A DNA stretch of 64,000 bases from Paraspadella gotoi (taxonomy: Eukaryota > Animalia > Chaetognatha), in NCBI GenBank assembly GCA_051294375.1, contig CM119263.1, forward strand, positions 3,249,232 through 3,313,231, written 5' to 3'. Shown here one piece after another: positions 50,470 to 63,880 of this stretch. The notes under the pieces were generated by a model that did no database searches, was not told the origin of the DNA, and saw only the letters and a list, made by a program, of their open reading frames with translations. The first letter of the stretch is position 1. Each line of letters starts with the position of its first letter. A program made the position numbers and the translations under genes.

Positions 50470-53400
50470 CTCTCTCCTAAAGTGCTGAGTCTTTTCTCGG
50501 GCGAACGTGGCATCGATCGGTCGCTTTCCTCTGCCTCATTTTCTCGCCTGATTCTTTCGCCTGATTTCAGCAAAATTTCCTGCCCGTTTTATTGTCAATT
50601 TCTTTTCATCTCGGCCACCAGGCGCCACCACTGCTTTTGCTTTATCTTTAATTTCGACTTAGTTTGGCATCGATTTTAAAAATATTAATCATTTATTTTT
50701 TGTTCAACGATTTAATTTTCAACCTCTCGTTCCAACTTCTAATAGTTAATGGATCAATTGAGTCACGTGACTTTTTTATCTGTCGTGATCCCCGATCACC
50801 CCTCCCCCTCCCTCCCCCCTATTTCTCACTTTCCTTTTGTGAAAAACCGCGACAACGACACAAAACTTCGACCTCTACTCAGACGACGACGACAACAACA
50901 AACAACTTCGACCTCTACTCAGACGACGACGACAACAACAACAACGACAACAATAACTTTCGACCTCTACTCAGAACGACCACAACAACAACAACGTTGA
51001 TCCCATCCTGTCGATTTTTTCAGTCTCGAACTTTTGTGCTGAACGATCGGAAATTCAGAAGTCCGTCGTTGTCGTCGTCGCTTTCCGTCGTTGGAGAGTG
51101 ATACGAAGTCGTCGCTTCGTCGTTGTCGTTTTCGTCGTCGCTTCGTCGTTTGTCGTTGGTCGTCGCTTTCTTCTGCTGTTCGTCAGAGTCGCGTTGTCGG
51201 TCGGTTACATCGTCGTCGTCGCTTTCTTCTTTGTCGTCGGTCGTTCGCTTCGTCGTTATCGTCGTCGTCGTTATTCGTCGTCCGTCGCCTTTCGTTGTTT
51301 CATTGCTCCCGTCGTCGTCGCCTATTGCGACTCACGCGAAAAGTGAGGAATCACAGCATTGAGAACAAACTACATCCGTCTTGAGTTTAAATTCCACAGA
51401 TGAACTCGGATAATTGCAAGATGACATAGTACAGATGAACTGGAGAATTGCAGATGACAAGCAGATGAACGGAATTGCAGATGACAAAGACTACATTTTG
51501 TACACAGAGTGAAAAGCTCAAATTGTGTTGAGACTGAAAGCTGAGAAACTTCTCACTTTGCGAAGCAAATCAAGACTGAAACATCGACGTCCAGATTTCA
51601 CAGCCCTGAATGAGAATTTAAGATCGGCACGATACTTTGAACGGGCCCAGACTTGACGTTCGGGTACGCGTTGTGATGCTGGAAAAAAACAAATGAATAG
51701 TTGGTCGTCGTCGTCGCGGCGTCTTCGATCACAAAAAATAGAGGGCAGTAAAAAAAAAAGCGAAAAACGGCCAAAGAAGATGAGACTGTACCATCTATGA
51801 TCTTTGCTCTCTCTCTCTCTCTCTCTCTCCTTCGCTCTTCCTTCTCTCTCTCTCTCGCTCGTCTCTCTCTCCTCTCTCTCTCATCTCTCTCCGTCTCCTC
51901 TCTCTTCGATTTGTTGACATTTGCTCGAAATCGTCGGCCGTTAAAATTCCTCTCTCTTTTTTTTATGGCGTGTGTATATTTTCTTCTCCCGCGATTTTCT
52001 CTTCGTTGTCTCCTGTCAATAAAATCTCAGCTTAAATTTTTTTTTTCTTTTTCTTTTTCGATGCAGACTCTTTTTCTTTTTTTTTTAAATTTGGGGAAAC
52101 TTGAACGTCGCGTCGAAAGGTCACGTGAATTGTGTACAATCCACGATTTACATTCTCATTTTTATCTTTCTTTTTTACTTCTTCTTCTCTTTTTTTTCTT
52201 CTTTCTTGGGCTTTCTCGTCTTAGCTTTTTGCTTCTCGTCTCTTTTCTTCGGCTAGTCTAAACTTTGGTCTGTCTTGACCTTCTTAAGATAGGTTCATCT
52301 TTTATATAAAAATGTTCGTTTCCTTCGTTGCTCTTATCCGTCACTAAAAATCTAATCGAAAAATTTTTTAAAAAAGTCGGCGGCCAAGCAATTCGACCAA
52401 GCAGGAAGGGACTGGGTGACTAAAATCGGTGCATCATTTCTTTGTGTCAACTTCGCTTATCTCTTCGACAAACTAAATTCAGTTTTGTTGTTTTTATTTT
52501 ATTTTCAACTTGAATATCTTTATTTCGATTGATTCGTCCTCGTTAGATGGTTAAATGGTTAAATGAGTTAAACACTCCCACTATTAAATCATCTAGTTTT
52601 TTATTTTGTCCCTCAGATTCAAACAAAAGACACAAAAAAATGCCTTAACGTTGCGAAATATAAAAAAATGAATAAAAATATCAAGAGATTAATTCATTTA
52701 AAAAAATCGATCGATCGTTCGAGGATTAATTAAAAATGTGAAATGTAATAAAGGACCGAGAAAACTGATTGTATTGCACGTGATCTGGGCGAATCCCCCA
52801 GCGACGCCGTGATGTTTCACAACGAAGACTCAGTCTCGTGAGGCGGAAACATGACGCAGACAGAGGTGAATTAATGTTGTTGTGAATTTCTAGTTATTTT
52901 TTTAATCCTTCATTTTCTAATATTGATTATTTACTCTGTAAGCCTTTTTGATGGCTCGTATTCGGAACGGGGGTTTGAGTGTGTGCGCAATGTGAGTGTC
53001 AGTGATCCAGTTTTGAGTGTGTGCGTCAATGTGAGTGTCAGTGAGTGCAGTGTTGAGTGTGTGCGGTAATGTGGAGTGTCAGTGATGCTCAGTTTTGGAG
53101 GGTGTGCCGCCAATGTGGGGTCAAGTGAGTCAGTGTGAAGTGTGTGCGTTCAATGTGAGTGTCAGTGAGTCAGTTGAGTGTGTGCGTCAATGTGAGTTCA
53201 GATGAGTCATTTGAGTGTGGTGCGTCAATGTGAGTGTCAATGAGTCAGTTTGTAGTGGTGCTGAGTGAGTGTTGTAGAGTAAGGAAAGGTGATCGACCCT
53301 TATTTGTTATTTATAACACAACTGTAGTTATAAAAAATGAAAAAAACAAAACAACAAAAAAGTCTCTAAAATTTTTGTTAAAATCGCTTCGATTCCCAGT

Positions 53401-54231
53401 TTTAAACTTTTTTTTTGTCTGCAGCCTCGCCGTGCCACGCGGCGGCGGCGGCGGCGCCAGCTTCCGCCCAGCGGAAACTTCAAACGGTCAGCGTCGTCGG
53501 CGTTGCCGGCACCGAGAGAGAGAGAAAGGCGGCGGAGGCGTCGGAAGTCATGGTCTTTGCCAACAGTGAGCAGACCGGGTTTAAATGCAAACACAAGTTG
53601 TGATTTTGATTAAGTATTATTTAATTATTATGTAACGTTAAATTTAAATTAAAATCAAATTTAAAATTAAAACGACTTCGAATTGAAAAGTTAATGTTTC
53701 ACGTTGATTAACATTTGTTATTATACATTCAGTAATGAAAATACGGCTTAAGATAATTAATAAAATCTTAAATTAATACCAAAATCCAGCGTATAAGACA
53801 TAATCATAGAACAGGTAAGTGTGAAAAGACTGGAAAACGATAACAAGTAACTGAACTTTAAAATTCAACAAACAAACAAAAGACACTTAAGGTAATTATG
53901 GAATCATGTAATGAAAAGTTATAACTTAATTATGACATTTATGAACGATAAATATATCGTCAAGAAGTCCTATAAGAAAAATCCCAAAAAAGGGTGATGT
54001 TCCAAAAGGAATCATAAAAACTAGAAACAGTGTAAAAAATGGAAAAAACCTGCAAGATAAAATGGATAATAAAATATTGAGTGCCGCAAAAAACCAAAAC
54101 AAAATATGAAAAGCAAAAACAAAAACAAAAATATTAAAATAAAACATTGAAAGGGTTAAAACTTTAAAGTAAAAAACGTTCTTAAAACGTTTAAAACCAA
54201 GAGCTTAATGATGTAAAAATGTATAAAATTG
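49800..54231 (-). repeat. Right arm (A') of the inverted duplication of 35266-39632
   Basis: Collinear reverse complement with scattered indels; spans sequence that is N-gapped in the left arm. Confidence 0.95.
52851..53566 (+). pseudogene. Inverted, frameshifted copy of p190RhoGAP exons 1-2 (probably an assembly duplicate)
   Basis: ATGACGCAGACAGAG|GT at 52851; exon-2 copy at ~53424-53565 encodes VSVVGVAGTERERK with indels; no downstream exons follow. Confidence 0.8.
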
Positions 54232-54745
54232 ATTCTCTCTCTTTGACGACGACGATACTAGAAAAGTCGCAAAAAGTCGCCTTTAATTAAGTCGCCGTCG
54301 GAACGAGATTTCGTCGCGGGGCGTCGCTCTCGTCGTCGTCGTTTCTGCGGGATTTTCGACTCTCACCAAATCACTTACGTAAATCGTTGACGACGACGAC
54401 GACGATGACGACGACGAAGCGCGGCGAGCAAACTTAACGCCCGAGATGGCGTTGAAGTCACGTCTCGCGTTGTTGTTGTTGTCGCTTTCGTTTTGATCTT
54501 AAGTCTCAATATTTTATTGTTTCCCGACGTCATAAAACCAGTCTATCAATTAATGCTTTAATAAAATTAAAGCATCGATGAATGAATAAAGCAAAGAATA
54601 AATTAAGGAATGAAACAACGAATAAAGCAAATTATCAATTAATGAATGATAAAGCTATGAATGAAAGACTGAATTAATTAATCAATTAATGACTCCAGTA
54701 ATCAATCAAGGAATCATTGAATTGATCAAAGAAACAGAATCAAAG

Positions 54746-54781
<36 letters not shown>

Positions 54782-56433
54782 GAATCGAAACGCCCCTCCT
54801 CAAAGCGGGAAAAGAGCGAAGACGAGAAAAGTTTTTAAATCGATTTTTTGTGACTGAAAAAAAAAAATAAAAACAGTTTTCGATTTCGTTTATTTACTTT
54901 TTTTTGCTTCGTCTGCTCGTGTGGGCCGAAGTAAAACCGGGACATATTGTAAAATAAAAAAATAATAATAATTCAAAAGAGAAAAGCGAGAAAAGAATTT
55001 GAGAAATTTCGGAAGGAAGGAAGTGAAGGCGGAAAAAGTGGGAGAAAATAGAAATAAAATTTTTAAAAAGGGATTTCACAAACGAAAAAGTATCATAACA
55101 TTAAAAGGTACAAAAGTAACAATCGAAACGACGGCAAAAATGTACAAAAATACGACTTTAAATTTGTTTAATTAAAGATAACGAAAAAGAAATGACATCC
55201 TGGACGACGATGATAATGACAAAAATGATATCCAATGACAGACAGCAAATGAATCGAGAAAATTAAAGTAAAAAGTCGATAGTTAAATAAAGAAGCGGTG
55301 AAAAAGTGAAAGTAAACAAAAAGTTTGTTTAGATTCGCGTGAGAATTCTTATTTTCACGGGAAAAAAATAGTTTTTGTGACATTAAAAATTTCTAAGTTT
55401 CTTTATTTCCGAATGAAAGCGACGACGACGACGACGACGACGATGACTTAATATGTACTGCAGTTGAGAAATGATTTAGAATTCATAATATCTACTATAC
55501 TGCCCCCAGCTCGGGTGAACCTAAATGACCACTAAAGTGACATCCACAAAAAAAAAAGAGAAAGAATAACATCAGCCCTGATTATTTCCCAGTCGGACAT
55601 TAAATTTTACCCTAAAAGCTCAAAGGTGACCCTTTCCTATACATTGACCCCAATCCCAAAGATGACCCTGACCTAGAAAAATGACCCCAAACCCAAAGAT
55701 GACCCTTTCCTTTACAATGACCAAGGATGACACCGTCCTCAAACGATGACCTCGAAACGGATTCCGGCAACGAAGAAGAAGAAGAACAACAACGACAACA
55801 ACAACAACGACGACAAGATTGTCTTGATCGATGGATTGAAATCGCGTAACCGGAGACTGATGAAGCGGATAGGGTTTCGTTGTCGTTGTTGTTATCTTTG
55901 TCGTTGTTGTCTTGAGAGTCGCCATCTTCGATGTTATCGTTTTAGCCAAAAAATTTAATCAGTAAATATTAATGTTAAACTTAATATTAAAAGTTAAATC
56001 CAAAGTGAAATACATCATAAATTGCCGAGGATGTTTCATTACTTATTATTAAATATTATTATTAATTATTTAGTCCATTTTAGAAAATGGATTAATCATA
56101 AGAAAGGCGTTCGATAAAGACTGACGTAGAGAGTCAGAGTAGTTGATTTCAGGGCCTAGCACTGGTGGTTTGTCAGCTGCATTGTTTAATATATTTTGAC
56201 TCAAAATCAAAATCTAAGATTGGACAGCATCGGAAAAGATTGAGCCTAAGATGATTTCAGAGTTTGGGCTCAAAACCGGCGAGATTCGGTAGAGAGATTC
56301 GGCGCTTATATAATGATTAGTTGACACCGATTTGAAATGAAATATTTGATTACGAAATTGAAAGAGATTTCGTCGTAGTTTTTGTATATATCTATTTTTT
56401 ACAATCGATATTCATTTACTAATTTAAAACGCA

Positions 56434-56994
56434 TCAATGAACGAATACGGACGAAGATTGAAAATATTGCGAGTCTTTGTAACGAGAAAGAAAGACGTGA
56501 AGCGTTTCGTGAGAGTCAGAACAGTGAAAGGCATTTTGTGAATGAATTCCAATCGGGTCGTTGACCCCTGTGAAACTTTGCACAATCGCTTCACCAAGTG
56601 ACCACGAAAAACCATTCGTTTTCGAATTTAAAACGACGAGATTCGATGCATAAATCGACGGATAAAATATATTTCGTCTCCATCTCTGTTCACTTTTGTG
56701 AAAAGAAAAGAAATTAAAATCAGATCGTAAATTCACGTTTCTTTTTTTTTTTTTTTTGACATTTCCGTTGAAGATAAATCGATTAGGTTGAGTCTCGACT
56801 CTCGGCAGCACCAACCGCCCTCGGGGCACGAGAACATCTTCATCCGAGAGGCAGTAGAGAAATATTTCGAGCGCCATTGAATCAGGCGTCCCTCTGGTGT
56901 CGAGGCGGAGAAACTGGAGAGTCAAGAGGCGAACAAAAGGCGTTGAACGTTAATTGGTAAAATGAAAAAAGCATACGAGTCTTACCTTTGCCAT
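56434..56994 (-). CDS. 5' part of an unidentified gene, possibly a GST-like domain
   Basis: ATGGCAAAG|GTAAG (56994-56986) splices in phase to the acceptor at ~56914, giving MAK-FLRLDTRGTPDSMALEIFLYCLSDEDVLVPRGRLVLPRVETQPNRFIFNGN...; downstream structure unresolved. Confidence 0.4.
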
Positions 56995-57824
56995 AAAATA
57001 TTATGCAATTAAATCTCGCAGGGAAAATGACCACCGTGGAACATCAGTTAATTTAAATCTTCCATAAATCTTTCATAAATCTTTCATAAAAGACAATCAA
57101 AGTTCTACGAAAATTGTGTTCATACAAATAATGAAGTTCTCTTGTACATACATAGAAACATTTTTTTTTACAACCTAACCGATTCTCTCATATTTATTTC
57201 TCCTGTATTTTTTGATGTAATGATCGTTGTAATTGAGCATATTTGTATTCATCTGTATCTGCATCTGTTAGCAATTAGTAACTTGAATCTTTAAATTATT
57301 ATTTAATTTGAAAATAAATATTTCAAATTTTAGGACTGAAAGTGGCCTATTTTGGACAGTGAGAAAAAATGTCGTCACCTTCCGAAAGGAAAACAAAGGT
57401 CGTAGGGTTGACCAGTAAGAATAAATAAAGGGAAAAAAAGAAAAGGTGAGAAAAATCTTCTTTTAATTTTTGAACCGAAAATAAAACTTTTATTTCCGTC
57501 GATGTTTTGTTTACAATCGCTGCTCTTCCGACTTTTCGTTTTTTATTTTTTTTTTTTCGAATTTATTATTTTTACCAAAAAAGGTTTTTTTTTTTTTTCA
57601 TTTACAAAAGTTTTACAACTTGTGCGGCCGCCAACGACGCTAAAATGAAAACATTTTTCAACTTTTTTACTATTCTGCTAACCATTTAGAATTAGTTACA
57701 ATAACTTGAGATTGTAAACCAATGCCGATTATTTTCGGCCCTGATAACAACGCCCTATGATATCCGAAGGACGGGAGGCATTCCAACCCTATAATGTGGC
57801 TAGTATTAATGAGACCCCGCATCG

Positions 57825-58225
57825 AAAAAATGTCGTCACCTTCGGAAAGGGAAACCAAGGTCGTAGGGTTGACCAGTAAGAATAAATAAAGGGAAAAAAG
57901 AAAAGGTGAGAAATCTTTTTTAATTTTTGAACCGAAAATAAAACTTTTATTTCCGTCGATGTTTTTGTTTACAATCGTGCTCTTCCAGACTTTTTCGTTT
58001 TAATTTTTTTTTTTTCGAATTTATTATTTTTTACCAAAAAAGGTTTTTTGTTTTTATATTTCATACAAAAGTTTTACAACTTGTGCGGCGCAACGACGCT
58101 AAAAATGAAAACATTTTTCAACTATTTTTTACATCATTCTGCTAACCATTTAGAATTAAGTTACAATAACTTGAGATTGTAAAACCAATGCCGATTATTT
58201 TCGGCGCCTGATAAGCAACGCGCCC
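57825..58225 (+). repeat. Direct tandem copy of satellite flank 57362-57757
   Basis: AAAAAATGTCGTCACCTT...CTGATAA(G)CAACG(CG)CCCTATGATATCC occurs twice, with one isolated satellite unit (57753-57792) between. Confidence 0.92.
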
Positions 58226-60085
58226 TATGATATCCGAAGGACGGGAGCATTCCAACCCTATGATAATCCGAAGGACGGGAGGCATTCCACCCCTATGATA
58301 TCCGAAGGACGGAAGGCATTCCAACCCTATGATATTCCGAAGGACGGGAGGCATTCCACCACCTATGATATCCGAAGGACGGGAGGCATTCCAACCTATG
58401 ATATCCGAGGAGGACGGGATTCCAACCCTATGATATCCGAAGGACGGGAGGCATTCCAACCCTTGATATCCGAGCGGGAGGCATTCCAACCCTATGATAT
58501 CGCGAAGGACGGGAGGCATTCCAACCCTATGATATCCGAAGGACGGGAGGCATTCCAACCACTATGATATCCGAAGGACGGGAGGCATTCCAACTAATGA
58601 TATCCGAAGGACGGGAGGCATTCCAACCCTATGATATCCGAAGGACGGGGAGGCATTCCAACCCTATGATATCCGAAGGACGGGAGGCATTCCAACCCTA
58701 TATATCCGAAGGACGGGAGGCATTCCAACCCTATGATATCCGAAGGACGGGAGGCATTCAAAGCATTCCAACCCTATGGATATCCGAAGGACGGGAGCAT
58801 TCCAACCCTATCTCAAAAAAACCTCCTANNNNNNNNNNNNNNNNNNNNNNNNNGATATCCGAAGGACGGGAGGCATTCCAACCCTATGATATCCGAAGGA
58901 CGGGAGGCATTCCAACCCTAATGATATCCGAAGGACGGGAGGCATTCCAACCCTATGATATCCGAAGGAACGGGAGGCATTCCAACCTATGATATCCGAA
59001 GGACGGGAGGGCAATTCCAACCCTATGATATCCGAAGGACGGGAGGCATTCCAAACCTATGATATCCGAAGGACGGGAGGCATTCCAACCCTATGATATC
59101 GAAGGACGGGGGCATTCCAACCTATGATATCCGAAGGACGGGAGGCATTCCAACCCTATGATATCCGAAGGACGGGAGGCATTCCAACCTATGATATCCG
59201 AAGGACGGGAGGCATTCCAACCCTATGATATCCGAAGGACGGGAGGCATTCCAACCCTATGATATCCGAAGGACGGGAGCATTCCAACCCTATGATATTC
59301 CGAAGGACGGGAGGCATCCAACCTATGATATCCGAAGGACGGGAGGCATTCAACCCTATGATATCGAAGGCGGGAGGCATTACCAACCCTATGATATCCG
59401 AAGGAGGACATTCAACCCTGATGAAGAAAGGACGAGCATTCCAACCCTATGATATCCGAAGGACGGGAGCGATTCCAACTCCATTATGATAACACTACTC
59501 GAATAAGAAAACGGGAGGCATTCCACACCTATGATATTCCGAAGGACGGGAGGCATTCCAACCCCCTATGATATCCGAAGGACGGAGGCATTCCAACCCT
59601 ATGATATCCGAAGGACGGGAGGACCATAACCACCTAATGATACTCCGAAGGACGGGAGGCATTCCCAACCCTATGATATCCGAAGGACGGGCAGCAGGCA
59701 TTCCACCCTATGATATCCGAAGGACGGGAGGCATTCCAAACCCTATGATATCCCGAAGGAACGGGAGGGCATTCCAACCTATGATATCCGAAAGGCACGG
59801 AGGCATCTTCCACCGACTCCTATGATATCCGAAGGACGGGAGGCATTCCAACCCTATGATACTCCGAAGGACGGGAGGCATCGCTCAACTTCCACTGATC
59901 ATCCGAGACGGGAGGTTTCGGTACACTTTATTCACTAAAAACCTATGATTTGTAATTCATTCGATAGGTGCAGCCGGTTGAGGTACACATTACCAACGCC
60001 TATGATATTCGAAGGACGTGGTAGGCATTTCCCCGAACGCTTTACTCAGATGTTGATGATCCCAAGGCCACGGGAGGCATTATGA
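58223..60085 (+). repeat. 34-bp satellite array
   Basis: Period 34 (e.g. GAAGG at 58861 and 58895); degenerate end at 59880-60085. Confidence 0.97.
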
Positions 60086-60537
60086 CATCCCAAACCTACC
60101 ATTTTTCCTAATCGATCACAAATAAACAACCGATTCGTCTCGTAAGAAATGATAAGACAACTTGAATGAGGAGAGAGAAAATCCATAATCTTTAGTTTCA
60201 GAAGGAAACGCACTAATTTATCATTCAAATTGTTTTGGTCATAGGACGAGTATCGAGGGATTAAAAATGATAAGTAACAATGAGGAGAGAGAAAATCCAT
60301 TCTTGTCATTCAATTGTTTCGTCAAGACGAGTTCGAGGATTAACCCGTCACCGCTAACGCATACTCCCGCATCGCACACCACACAGGTTCCCACTTTCAT
60401 GTCTCCACGGACCACGTCTGTCAACAAGTGTCCACAGGTTCCAGTATTAACGACACAAAATCAATATAATTACGAAACGATCGACAACAGAGTGTCGTTG
60501 AGGGAAGGGAGGGCGCGAGGCCGCGCAAACAGGTTTT

Positions 60538-60642
<105 letters not shown>

Positions 60643-62069
60643 ATCTACAGACATTTCTGGCCAGAGATTTTTTCTGAATTTGTTTTCGATGGTAAATATT
60701 TCGCATCTACTGCGTTTTTATACAAATTAATTTCGTTTAATGTTCAAAAAAATATTTTTACAATAAAAAAACACGGATAACTCATAAGTTGACAATCACA
60801 GTGGGTAATGACCACGTCCAGAAATTTGGTCATTGGTCAATCGGTAGTTAGTTGTGATTGGTTAAAGCGTTCACAAATCTCTCCTAGTACATGTACAATT
60901 GTACATTGTACATAGTATATGTACAGACAAATTTAAATAAAAAAAATCAATAATTCATACTGAACACGAAAACACACGCTCTCTCTTTCTCTCTCTCTCT
61001 CTCTTTCTTTCACTTTGGCGACAGAATATTTTGGCCGCTTATCTTTCTATATCAATATAAATGAGATCACTTTATCTCTTTTCTAAATTTCTTTTCTCTC
61101 AGATAAAAAAATAACTTTCTTTCTGCCACACTGTTTCCTTACAAATTTCTAACTCAGGCGTTTATTTATTCAGGAAAATAATTTCGCCGACTTTTTCTCG
61201 ATCAAAAGAATTTTCCTTATCGCTCCTGTGTATTTCTCTATTGTCGGCCGCTCCCCCGGATTTTGATCAATACGGTGGATCCGGTTTCATACTTGGACAT
61301 ATTCTCCAAACGCGCCCCATTTCAGAAATAAGTTTGTTTTTAGGTTTACAAATTCGGTTAAGGATTTGTTTAAATTTCTGTTTAAGGATTAGGGATTCGG
61401 ATTTAGGTTAAAGATTAGAGTTAGGGGTAAATGATTTTGGTTAAAGATTAGGCTAGGTTTATTTATTAGGATTAGGTATTAGGTAAAAGATTTGGTAAGG
61501 GATTAGGGTTAAATATTAAGAATAAAATTAAGTTCAGAGATTAGGAACAAGAATGAGTTGCTTTCAGAAAATAGCGCCGAATTTTCAATATCAAATCTGT
61601 CTATTTCGCTATTGTCGGGCGCTCCTTCATATTAAGTTCAATTCAGTGGAGCTGGTTTCATCCGGTGCCTCTTATTGGATCGGTATCTTGAGAAATGAAT
61701 GTCAATAATTTTTTCAAGGAGCTACATTCTAAAAAATCATTGGCGTGTGACGTAAAAAAAAAAAAAGAAAGAAAAATAGAAGACCAAAAAAAAATAACGA
61801 AAAAACAAAATAACTTGAAACCAGATTTACTGCTTTGGATTTCCGCTTGGATTCGCTCCACCGGTCAGATTTGAATAACAAGAAATGCGAAGCATATTCG
61901 GAAAAATCATCGACAGATTTTGGGTTCTAATTGTGAAACAAACCACAACAACAATAAAACAGTGGCAACATCGCGCATGATTTAACTTTGTTTAAAGTTT
62001 CTCGACGATTTTAACAAACAATCAAAATAAGAAAGTGCCCGACAGGGGGGGACTCAGCCCTACGGCGCC

Positions 62070-62193
62070 ATGTCCCTGCCAGCCGATCTCGACCTGCTAT
62101 TGCAGGATCTGCACGACTGGACTTTGCCCTACGATTCCAAATCAGTCGCTTTGGCTCCCGTCAGCTTCAAAGCGGCCGAGGAAGTCAATCTCA

Positions 62194-62275
<82 letters not shown>

Positions 62276-62802
62276 AAATGACTAATGTTTAGAATATAAA
62301 TTTGTTAATAATCAACCAAAACAAGTATGTTGCAAGATAAATAACTGACGCTTTAAAAACCGAGGGATGACGAGTTTCATATGATTTATCTTTCCACCGA
62401 AGAATAAACTTTGTTTTTGAAATGTATATATAATACCAAATCAGAGGAATAGTTACTAGTTTTACATTTATCCCTTTATATTTATTCAATCTTGTCAATA
62501 TCATTGTCATCATTGTCATTAATATTATCATTCATTATTCATTTAACGTCCTCTGTCAAAGCAGCGCCGCTCAGACGCCAAAGATGGCGCGTCGACACCT
62601 CTTCTCTTCTATTCTCTTTTCAGTTTCGCCGCCGCAGAATTTTTTTTTAAGAGGAAAAAGAAAAGATGGAAAGATGGAATGAAATCGAAACCAGAGCGGC
62701 GCTGTTTCGCTCTTTCGCTGTTTCGCCGCACGAAACCAAAAACAACAACGAAATACAAAAAACTTTTTATTTACATTTTTTCCTCGATTTCGTTTTTCAG
62801 GG

Positions 62803-62901
<99 letters not shown>

Positions 62902-63571
62902 CTAGGGTGGAATATTTGCGGTCGTCGTGACGATTTCGCAACAAAGTTCCGACTTTAAAAAAGTTTTGGGGAAAAACTGTCCCAAATAATTCATTCATTT
63001 TTTCTAATTAATTTTTACAGAAATGTTTCAAAATTGACTGCGATGGAAAGAAAGAGTTTTTCTCGATACGGCGCGGAGAATTTTAAAAATCACAGGTTTG
63101 TTATTGAGAATTTTGGTAGGTAACTTACCGTATTGTATAATAGATATAGATCATGGGTTCATGGCTAATAGTCGAAGTGATTCCTTATTCTTCTTTTTAG
63201 TAGGCACAACTATGTTTGTTCATAGTACAATAACTAAACTTCACCTTAAAAAATAAATAAACTCGTATAATTTTCTTGTAATTGTGATTTACAAGCATTG
63301 AGACTTTTAGACAAACAACAAGTATAAAATTTATTAATTTCTCCACTTTCATTGACTATATAATGTTTATTAGGTTGTCATCTTTTTAAACCTTTTCATC
63401 CTTAATTCCTTTCTGACTTTGTCATTCTCACTTTGTCATCATTTCCGCCTTCAGCTTCGGCCGCATGCACGACCCAATCGAGTGGCCTTTTCTCGCCAAA
63501 ACTAACGAAGATGATTTCGAATTCGCAAAGGAAAACTTTCGTCTTCTGCTCAGACTCACCACGCCCAAATC
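62070..63571 (+). CDS. Two probable exons of an unidentified gene (62070-62194, 63455-63571), continuing beyond the window
   Basis: [43 protein letters not shown]|GTGAG ... TTCAG|[41 protein letters not shown]|GTTAGT; phase 2-2 compatible and GC-richer than the flanks. Family not recognised; the exon may begin upstream of the ATG. Confidence 0.55.
62197..62271. repeat. (AG)n microsatellite
   Basis: Seen directly. Confidence 0.95.
62808..62897. repeat. (AG)n microsatellite
   Basis: Seen directly. Confidence 0.95.
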
Positions 63572-63880
63572 GTTAGTAAAGGGGACTCGTTAATGCTGCT
63601 CAAATTGTTAGTCAAGGGGACTCGTTAATGCTGCCCAAATTGTTAGTAAAGGTGACTCGTTAATGAGGGCCAAATCGTTAGTAAGAGATACTGGTTAATG
63701 AGGGCCAAATCGTTAGTAAAGGGGACTTGTTAATTTGGCCCAAATCGTTAGTCAAGGGGACTCGATAATGCTGCCCAAATTGTTAGTAAAGGTGATTCGT
63801 TAATAAGGGATGCTGGTTAATGAGGGCCAAATCGTTAGTAAAGGGGACTCGTTAATTCGGCCCAAATCGTTAGTAACGGG
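63564..63880. repeat. 35-bp minisatellite (CCCAAATCGTTAGTAAAGGGGACTCGTTAATGCTG), ~9 copies
   Basis: Tandem units seen directly. Confidence 0.9.

Noticed and set aside
52851-53566. Second functional p190 paralogue on the plus strand
   Set aside because: Only exons 1-2 are present, they are frameshifted, and they sit in a near-identical inverted duplicate that includes the introns
39984-59825. Repetitive ORFs MISEGREAFQPYDIRRTGG...
   Set aside because: Translations of the 34-bp satellite; the unit is not a multiple of 3 and frames depend on error indels
58223-59900. Satellite unit as a hammerhead ribozyme (CTATGATATCCGAAGGACGGGA resembles CTGATGAGTCCGAAAGGACGAAA)
   Set aside because: The invariant core boxes CUGANGA and GAAA are both absent from the consensus and no stems I/III are evident; an Infernal hammerhead search would settle it
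39633-60085. 34-bp repeats as a CRISPR array
   Set aside because: Units are head-to-tail with no unique spacers, there are no cas genes, and the context is eukaryotic
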